Part shown: piece by piece, positions 57,075-64,000 of the stretch | How positions within the stretch are numbered: position 1 is the stretch's first letter | Layout: each line of letters begins with the position of its first letter | Assembly (NCBI GenBank): GCA_963835575.1 | Contig: CAWIGG010000002.1 | Location: forward strand, 1,888,001-1,952,000 | Length of the DNA stretch: 64,000 bases | Direction: 5' to 3' | Source: an uncultured Spirochaetota bacterium | GTDB lineage: Bacteria > Spirochaetota > Brevinematia > Brevinematales > JAOACQ01 | Translations under genes and position numbers: made by a program | The notes under the pieces: generated by a model | Told to the model about the DNA's origin: nothing | Databases searched by the model: none | What the model saw: only the letters and a program-made list of their open reading frames with translations

Positions 57075-60000
57075 ATGGGCAAGGAAATAAAGATACTCTT
57101 TCTTGAAGACTCCCCGGCCGATGTCGAGCTGAACCTGAATGAATTAAAAAAAGCCGGTTTTAATGTCATACCGAAAACCGTGGAGACAAAAGCGGATTAT
57201 ATTTCCGCCCTTCAGGGATTCAAACCGGACATCATCCTGGCCGACTATAACCTTCCCTCTTTTAACGGCATGGAAGCGCTGGACTATATAAAAAATAACG
57301 CGATACAAACCCCATTTATTCTTGTTTCAGGGTCCCTGGGGGAAGAACTGGCGGTGGACGTCGTTAAAAGAGGAGCGACAGACTACATTCTCAAGCAGAA
57401 CCTCTCCAGGCTGGCGGCATCGGTAAAACGCTCGCTCAATGATATCGAGGAGATAAAAAATAGAGAAAACGCCGAGAATTTGCTGCGCGAGAGCGAGCTC
57501 AGGTTCCGGACGCTGTACCTCAAGGCGCCCATCGGCATAGCGCTGATCTGCCCCGACAATCATTTTTTAGATGTCAATGAGGCTTTCTGCCGGATAATGG
57601 GATACACAGGAAAAGAATTAGAAAACAAATCAATACTTGAAATTACACATCCGGATGACAGGGAACACTTCAAAGCCCTTTTTGAAAACATCGTCAGCGG
57701 AAACATAGACAGCTACAGCATAGAAAAGAGATGTATAAAGAAAGATGGAAAAATCATCTGGGTTAACGGGACCATGGCAGGGATAAGAAATACTGACGGA
57801 GGGTTCCTTTACGGGATCGTGATGATAGAAGATAACACCGAGCGCAAGCTCTCGGAAGAAAAATTAATTGAAAGCGAAGAAAGGTATAAAAGAATTACCG
57901 CCGGTTTAACCGACTATCTATATACCGTTAAAGTAAAAGACGGCAAAGCTATTGAAACAATTCATAACGAAGCCTGTCTGGCTGTAACCGGATATACTTC
58001 GAAGGAATTTGGGGCGGACCCTTATCTCTGGATTAACATGGTTGTTCCTGAAGAAAAAGAGTTTGTCGCCGGTAGATATTTAAAAATTCTTGAGGGAAAA
58101 GAATTGGCCCCAATTGAACACCGGATAATTTGTAAAAACGGAAAAATCCGCTGGATCAGCGATACCGCGATTCCTAAATTCAATTCTAATGGCGAGCTCA
58201 TTTCTTATGATGGAATAATTAAGGACATCACCGAGCGCAAGTGGGCGGAAGAGGCGCTGCGGGAGAGCGATGAAAAATTCAGGCGCATATTTGAAAATGT
58301 ACAGGAAGTGTACTTTGAAGTATCTTTCGACGGCACTGTCATCGAGGTCAGTCCGTCCATCGAAATCATAACAAAAGGGCAGTATCGCAGGGATAAATTG
58401 ATCGGAAACTCGATATTCCAAATGTGGGCTGATGACGGCGGCCGGCAGAGTTTCCGATCGGCATTACAGGAGCATGGAAGTGTTGCGGATTATGAAGTCA
58501 CACTGAAGAACCGGGACGGATCACTGGTTTTATGCTCCATGTCGGCAAAGATACATTCTAAATCTTCCGGCCAATCGGTATCTATAATAGGAAGCATACG
58601 CGACATCACCGAGCGCAAACGGACGGAAGAGGCGCTAAAGGAATCGGAAGAAAAATTCAGGACTATTTTTGATAACGTAAGCGACGGAATGTTCCTGATC
58701 AATCTTGTTAACAATAAATTTATCCTCTGCAACAGCGCGTGCACCGGAATGCTGGGCTATACGAAGGATGAGTTTCTTAATTTAAAAATCGCCGATATTC
58801 ATCCGCCGGAGGACCTCTCTTTTATCAATGGACAAATCCGGAAATTCCTTCAGGGTGAAGCGGGAATACGCAGCGATATCCGTTTCAAGATGAAAGACGG
58901 CAGCATCATCTATGCCGACCTCAGCCCCGCAGAGACTACAATCTCCGGGGAAAGGTTTTTAATCATTATATTCAGGAACATCACCGAGCGCAAGCGGTCG
59001 GAGGAGGCGCTAAAAGCTTCCGAGGTCCGTTACCGCCGGCTTTTCGAATCGGCAAAGGACGGCATACTCATCCTCGACGCGGAGACAGGAATAATCAACG
59101 ATGTAAACCCGTTCTTAATCGGGATTTTGGGTTTCAGTTATGAAGATTTTTACGGCAAAAAGCTCTGGGAATTGGGGTTTTTCAAGGACATCATTTCAAA
59201 CAAGGTCAACTTCCTGGAATTGCTGCAGAAAGAATTCATCCGGTATGAAAACCTGCCGATGGAAACAGCCGACGGCCGGAAGATAGAAGTTGAGTTTGTC
59301 AGTAATGTGTACCTGGTTGATAAAAGAAAAGTAATCCAGTGCAACATCAGGGACATCACCGAACGAAGGCGTACTGAGGAAGAACTGCTCCGTTACCGGG
59401 ACCATTTTGAAGAGATGGTCAGGGACAGGACGGACGAACTCGTCAGGTCGGAACAAAACCTGAAGCTGGCCAAGAACCAGGCCGAGGCGGCGAACAGGGC
59501 CAAGACCGTTTTCCTTTCCAGCATGTCGCACGAGATCCGCACGCCGCTGAACGCGGTCCTGGGCTTCTCCCAGCTGATGCTCCGCGACGCGTCATTGACG
59601 GTCCAGCAAATCGAATGGCTGAACACCATCAACCGTTCAGGCGAGCACCTCCTGGCGCTGATAAACGACATCCTGGAAATATCCCGGATAGAGTCCGGCA
59701 GGGTCTCATTAAGCCCCGATCTTTTCGATTTGAAGACATTCCTCGGCGACATGGAAAAAATGTTCCGTGTACGGGTTGAGGAGAAAAACCTTAAACTGCG
59801 TATGGAAATTGATGAAGGAATTCCCAGGTTCATCGAGCTGGACGGCAATAAACTGCGGCAGATATTCATCAACCTGATCGGCAACGCCGTCAAATTCACC
59901 GACGAAGGGATGATTACCGTGCGGGTGAGCGCCGAAAGGAAAGAAAAAGATAACTACCGGCTGATAGCGGAAGTGGAGGACACGGGACCGGGCATCACGA

Positions 60001-60869
60001 CGGAGGATTTGAATAAGATATTCAATAAATTCGAGCAGACGACCATCAGCCTCAGAAAAGGCGGGACGGGGCTCGGGCTTTCCATCAGCCGGCAGTTCGC
60101 CCTGATGATGGGCGGCGATATCGCGGTTATAAGCGAAGCGGGAAAAGGGAGCTGTTTCCGTCTCGAGCTGGATTTTAAGGAAAGGAACGCTCCTGAACTG
60201 GAAATTGGATCCGAACGGAGGATTATTACCGGGCTGAAGAAAGGCCAGGAACCCTTCCGTATATTGATCGCCGACGACGAGCCCGCGAACCGGATGCTGT
60301 TGAGGGACCTGCTGAGCAAAGCCGGGTTCGAGGTCGCGGAAGCTTCCGACGGCAGGGAAGCTGTAAAATTATTTAAAGAAAGGACGCCGCACCTTGTATT
60401 CCTCGACATGAGAATGCCGGTGATGGACGGCTATGCGGCGATAAAAAAAATGAAATCCCTTCAAAAGGATATCCCTGTCATCGCCGTTACGGCATCCGCT
60501 TTTGACGAGAACAGAAAAAAAATGAATGACGCGGGCATAGACGGCTATATACGCAAACCATATAAAATCCAGGAAATCTATGATGTTCTGAAATCAAAAC
60601 TGGGAGTGCAGTACGCTTACGCGAAAGCCCCCGCGGGCAGGTCGGATAAAGCCGGGAAGATCACAGAGGAAGCGCTAAGAGGCCTGCCGGAAAACCTGGC
60701 CGGCCGGATGCTGGAAGCGGCGGTGAGGGTGGACCTGGACCGCCTGCTCGAATTGATAGATGAAGCGGCGGAAACGGCCCCGGCGCTCTCCGCGAAGCTC
60801 CGGGTAATGGCGAAAAGCTTCCGGTATGATGAAATAATAAATCTCCTTAAAAAGAGAGGAAAAATATGA
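57075..60869 (+). CDS. Hybrid histidine kinase (REC, five PAS, HisKA, HATPase, REC)
   Basis: N-terminal REC; repeated PAS/PAC; SMSHEIRTPLN; NAVKFT; GTGLGL; C-terminal REC LDMRMPVMDG. Confidence 0.93.
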   Translation: MGKEIKILFLEDSPADVELNLNELKKAGFNVIPKTVETKADYISALQGFKPDIILADYNLPSFNGMEALDYIKNNAIQTPFILVSGSLGEELAVDVVKRGATDYILKQNLSRLAASVKRSLNDIEEIKNRENAENLLRESELRFRTLYLKAPIGIALICPDNHFLDVNEAFCRIMGYTGKELENKSILEITHPDDREHFKALFENIVSGNIDSYSIEKRCIKKDGKIIWVNGTMAGIRNTDGGFLYGIVMIEDNTERKLSEEKLIESEERYKRITAGLTDYLYTVKVKDGKAIETIHNEACLAVTGYTSKEFGADPYLWINMVVPEEKEFVAGRYLKILEGKELAPIEHRIICKNGKIRWISDTAIPKFNSNGELISYDGIIKDITERKWAEEALRESDEKFRRIFENVQEVYFEVSFDGTVIEVSPSIEIITKGQYRRDKLIGNSIFQMWADDGGRQSFRSALQEHGSVADYEVTLKNRDGSLVLCSMSAKIHSKSSGQSVSIIGSIRDITERKRTEEALKESEEKFRTIFDNVSDGMFLINLVNNKFILCNSACTGMLGYTKDEFLNLKIADIHPPEDLSFINGQIRKFLQGEAGIRSDIRFKMKDGSIIYADLSPAETTISGERFLIIIFRNITERKRSEEALKASEVRYRRLFESAKDGILILDAETGIINDVNPFLIGILGFSYEDFYGKKLWELGFFKDIISNKVNFLELLQKEFIRYENLPMETADGRKIEVEFVSNVYLVDKRKVIQCNIRDITERRRTEEELLRYRDHFEEMVRDRTDELVRSEQNLKLAKNQAEAANRAKTVFLSSMSHEIRTPLNAVLGFSQLMLRDASLTVQQIEWLNTINRSGEHLLALINDILEISRIESGRVSLSPDLFDLKTFLGDMEKMFRVRVEEKNLKLRMEIDEGIPRFIELDGNKLRQIFINLIGNAVKFTDEGMITVRVSAERKEKDNYRLIAEVEDTGPGITTEDLNKIFNKFEQTTISLRKGGTGLGLSISRQFALMMGGDIAVISEAGKGSCFRLELDFKERNAPELEIGSERRIITGLKKGQEPFRILIADDEPANRMLLRDLLSKAGFEVAEASDGREAVKLFKERTPHLVFLDMRMPVMDGYAAIKKMKSLQKDIPVIAVTASAFDENRKKMNDAGIDGYIRKPYKIQEIYDVLKSKLGVQYAYAKAPAGRSDKAGKITEEALRGLPENLAGRMLEAAVRVDLDRLLELIDEAAETAPALSAKLRVMAKSFRYDEIINLLKKRGKI

Positions 60870-61960
60870 GCGCAGTTATTTTAAAGAATGAAACGTTTGA
60901 TATTATGATAGTGGACGACGAGCCGGCCAACCTTCAGGTCCTGGCTGAAATATTGAAACAGAAGGGGTATAAAGTCCGGCCGGCCGCCAGCGGAAAACAG
61001 GCCCTCCAGGGCGCTAAAATAGAACAGCCCGACCTCATCCTGCTGGATATCAATATGCCGGATTTGAACGGCTACGAAGTGTGCGCCATGCTTAAACAGG
61101 ACGAGAAATTAAGAGAGATCCCGGTGATATTCATCAGCGCGATGAGCGAAACCATTGATAAAGTGAAGGCCTTCGCGGCCGGCGGCGTAGATTATGTGCC
61201 GAAGCCGTTTCATTATGAGGAGGTACAGGCCAGGGTGGAAACGCACCTGAAGCTCCACCGCCTGCAGATGGAACTGGAAAAACACAATAAAAAGCTCGAG
61301 GAGCTCGTGCTGGCGCAGGTAAAGGAGATCTCCGAATCGCAGATGGCGACCATTTTCGCCCTCGCGAAACTGGCCGAGTCGCGCGACGACGACACAGGCA
61401 AACACCAGGAACGCGTGCAGGCCCTCTGCAGGGTCCTCTGCGGCCGGATGGCCGAAAAAAAAGAATTCAAAATATGGATTGACGGTCCCTTCATTAAAGA
61501 TATGGTCCATGCCAGCCCTCTCCATGATATCGGCAAGGTGGCCATTCCCGACAGGATCCTGCTCAAACCCGGCAAACATACTCCAGAGGAATTTAAAATC
61601 ATGAAAACCCATACGACGCTGGGAGCGGAAACGCTCAGGCAGGTCCGGATGAACTACCCGCATAACTCATTCATTAACATGGGTATTGAAATAGCGCATT
61701 TTCACCATGAAAGGTGGGATGGAAAGGGCTACCCGGAAGGGCTTTCAGGAGAGAAAATCCCGCTCTGCGCGCGCGTCATGGCCGTTGTGGACGTTTACGA
61801 CGCCCTCCGGTCAAAGCGCTGTTATAAAAATCCAATATCCCATGAAGAAAGCCGCGATATCATTATTAAAGAAGGAGGAACGCAGTTCGACCCCGGGATT
61901 GTGGAAGCGTTCGCGGAAATACAGGACAGTTTCAGAAAAACCGCCGACGAACTGATATAA
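60866..61960 (+). CDS. REC + HD-GYP c-di-GMP phosphodiesterase (RpfG-like)
   Basis: LLDINMP, LHDIGK and HHERWDGKGYP motifs. Confidence 0.93.
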   Translation: MSAVILKNETFDIMIVDDEPANLQVLAEILKQKGYKVRPAASGKQALQGAKIEQPDLILLDINMPDLNGYEVCAMLKQDEKLREIPVIFISAMSETIDKVKAFAAGGVDYVPKPFHYEEVQARVETHLKLHRLQMELEKHNKKLEELVLAQVKEISESQMATIFALAKLAESRDDDTGKHQERVQALCRVLCGRMAEKKEFKIWIDGPFIKDMVHASPLHDIGKVAIPDRILLKPGKHTPEEFKIMKTHTTLGAETLRQVRMNYPHNSFINMGIEIAHFHHERWDGKGYPEGLSGEKIPLCARVMAVVDVYDALRSKRCYKNPISHEESRDIIIKEGGTQFDPGIVEAFAEIQDSFRKTADELI

Positions 61961-61970
61961 GGGATGGAAT

Positions 61971-63119
61971 ATGAAAGATATCGACAACAAAAATAAACCG
62001 CCTTCCGTGATGATCGTCGACGATACTCCCGACAACCTGAACCTGCTGTCAGCCATTCTTAAGGAATGCGGGTACCATGTCCGCCCGGCGCCCGGCGGGA
62101 AGCAGGCCCTGGAGGCCGTAAAATCGGACCCGCCGGATCTGGTCCTTCTGGACATCATGATGCCGGATATGGACGGATACGAGGTCTGCCGCGTCCTGAA
62201 AAGCGGCAGGAAGACAAAAGACATCCCCGTCATATTCCTGACGGCGCTGGACAGCCGGCAGGACGAGGAAAAGGGATTTAAGCTGGGCGCTGTGGACTAT
62301 ATCACAAAACCGTTCATTAACGAGGTCGTCAAGGCCCGCGTCAATACGCACCTCCAGCTTAAGCGCCATCAGGACAGGCTTGAACAGATTGTCAGCGAGC
62401 GTACGGCGGAACTGATCCAGGCCAATAAAGACCTCCTTTTGGAAATCGACGAAAGGAAACGGGCGGAAGAAACCGTCAGGAACTCACTAACGGAAAAAGA
62501 GGCGCTGATAAAAGAGCTCTATCACCGGACTTACAACAATATGCAGGTCATCAGCTCGATGCTGAACGCTCAGGCTTCTTATGTGGAAGAGGAAAAGGTC
62601 AGGATTATTTTCCGGGAAATGTCCGGCAGGATCAACTCAATGGCCAAGGTGCATCAGAAGCTTTATCAATCGAAGGACCTGTCCAGCGTCAGCCTTAAGG
62701 AATATATCATTGAAATATCCGAACTTCTGATGCAGGGCTACATCGGACCGGCAAACAACATTGACATCAGTATGGACCTGGAAGATGAGAAAGTTCTCAT
62801 CGACACAGCCGTCCCCTGCGGCCTTATCATCAATGAACTGATAACAAACGCCCTGAAATACGCTTTTCCGGGCGGCAGGAGGGGCCTCTTAAAAATCTCG
62901 CTCCATAGGATCGATAACAGTAATCTGGAACTGCGGGTTTCAGACAACGGCATCGGCGTTCCGAAAGGTTTTGATTTTAAAATTAACCGCGGAATGGGCC
63001 TGCAGATTATTTATGATATAGCGGAAAAACAACTGGCCGGAAAAGCGGACTTTGAATCAAACAATGGATTGTCCGCCGTGATCCGGTTTAACGACAAATT
63101 ATATCATAAAAGGGTATGA
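61971..63119 (+). CDS. REC + HisKA_2-type histidine kinase
   Basis: LLDIMMP, ELYHRTYNNMQVI, NELITNALKYAF and DNGIG motifs. Confidence 0.9.
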   Translation: MKDIDNKNKPPSVMIVDDTPDNLNLLSAILKECGYHVRPAPGGKQALEAVKSDPPDLVLLDIMMPDMDGYEVCRVLKSGRKTKDIPVIFLTALDSRQDEEKGFKLGAVDYITKPFINEVVKARVNTHLQLKRHQDRLEQIVSERTAELIQANKDLLLEIDERKRAEETVRNSLTEKEALIKELYHRTYNNMQVISSMLNAQASYVEEEKVRIIFREMSGRINSMAKVHQKLYQSKDLSSVSLKEYIIEISELLMQGYIGPANNIDISMDLEDEKVLIDTAVPCGLIINELITNALKYAFPGGRRGLLKISLHRIDNSNLELRVSDNGIGVPKGFDFKINRGMGLQIIYDIAEKQLAGKADFESNNGLSAVIRFNDKLYHKRV

Positions 63120-63147
63120 ATAAGGATTATTGTGTTGTATTTTAATA

Positions 63148-63400
63148 TAATCAGGGCTTGTTAATTTCCGTGTTAAATACCGGAAGCCGTCATTGCGAGC
63201 ATCCGGCGCTGTATTCCGGTATTGATTATAGCGCGAAGCAATCTGTCTGCATATTAAGACAGCTTAATGAGTCGACAGACGCCGTGGTGAGCTTGTCGAA
63301 CCATTGCTTCGCACAAGAATATCCGTCGAAGGATAAAACCAGCCGCTCGCAATGACGCCTTTAGCGCTGAAATTCTTGGTTTTTCAGCAAGCCCTGATTA
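63148..63400. repeat. Nested inverted-repeat element (MITE-like shell around GTCATTGCGAG-type REP arms)
   Basis: Outer TAATCAGGGCTTG / CAAGCCCTGATTA; inner CGTCATTGCGAGC (63188) / GCTCGCAATGACG (63357) and GCGAAGCAAT / ATTGCTTCGC. Confidence 0.75.
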
Positions 63401-63449
63401 GTAATAATAATTAGTAAAATCTATAAAAATATTTTTATGGAGATTTTAT

Positions 63450-64000
63450 ATGAACAATTTCTTCGACATCCTGGGCCATCCGGATTTTCAGTTTGTGTTT
63501 ATCTTTCTTATTTTTATAACAGGGGCCTCGTTTGTTTTCTATCTCATACTGAAGCAGGTCAATAAAAATCTGTCGCTGTCTGTAATCGAAACGGCGGTCA
63601 AGGAAAAAAACTATAAGCAGGCGCTCGAATCGGCTTTCAGGTATTTAAAGACAAAGCCGGCCAATTATCTTATCTATTATTATATGGGGGCGGCATACGA
63701 GGGCCTTTTTCAATACCATATGGCGATTGAATCCTATGAGAAGTCGCTGGTCCAGGTCAGTGAAACATTCAGGCAGAGTACGGGCGTGGAAATACAGTTG
63801 AAGCTGGCCAATCTCTGCCGTAATATCAAAAAATTCGAGTCGGCTTTCGGTTATTATAAAATGGTGCTGGCAAAACAGCCGAATAATAAGGACGCCCTCT
63901 GGAACATAGCCGGGCTTTATTTTGAGCAGAAGAAATATATTCCCTCGAAGCAGTGCCTGGAAAAGATCGCGGCCCTTCAGCCCAAATTCGGTAAGGCCAG
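63450..64000 (+). CDS. Membrane-anchored TPR protein (partial, runs off the window)
   Basis: Hand translation MNNFFDILGHPDFQFVFIFLIFITG..., then TPR-like YYYMGAAYEGL...AIESYEK; GGAG RBS. Confidence 0.8.
   Translation, partial: MNNFFDILGHPDFQFVFIFLIFITGASFVFYLILKQVNKNLSLSVIETAVKEKNYKQALESAFRYLKTKPANYLIYYYMGAAYEGLFQYHMAIESYEKSLVQVSETFRQSTGVEIQLKLANLCRNIKKFESAFGYYKMVLAKQPNNKDALWNIAGLYFEQKKYIPSKQCLEKIAALQPKFGKA

Noticed and set aside
55140..59370. Recurrent GACATCACCGAGCG as a CRISPR-like repeat
   Set aside because: It is in-frame coding sequence for the PAC DITERK motif, with irregular long spacing.

Overview
A 64 kb chromosomal region from a diderm bacterium. It encodes TonB, OmpA and lipoproteins, and the gene repertoire loosely suggests an environmental spirochaete or similar anaerobe, though taxonomy is not established. 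No rRNA, tRNA or CRISPR array was seen. Contents: two complete IS elements (IS1380 family and a single-ORF IS66 family, both with TIRs and TSDs); a collapsed exbB/luxR pseudogene junction; an ArsR-thioredoxin-ferredoxin-DUF2892 redox cluster; a WYL/YafY regulator with a candidate operator; a divergent ychF; several modular secreted proteins, including a papain-like protease fused to CBM3; an ECF sigma/FecR module; MerR and PadR operons; TonB with a TonB-dependent receptor; two toxin-antitoxin pairs; and large two-component/HD-GYP clusters. The most striking unexplained structure is at 49.7-53.1 kb. There the 3' end of an alpha/beta-hydrolase gene recurs three more times as degenerate, in-frame, same-strand copies, each with the catalytic His changed to Arg. 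The copies delimit about 1 kb cassettes (PilZ gene, HigBA, VapBC) with no integrase in the window. The same pattern (gene, cargo, displaced 3' end) occurs independently at the ompA gene at 0.3-1.5 kb. Intergenic DNA also carries a modular MITE family (GGGCAGTTC...GAACTGCCC, 4-bp TSDs) and several REP-like palindromes.
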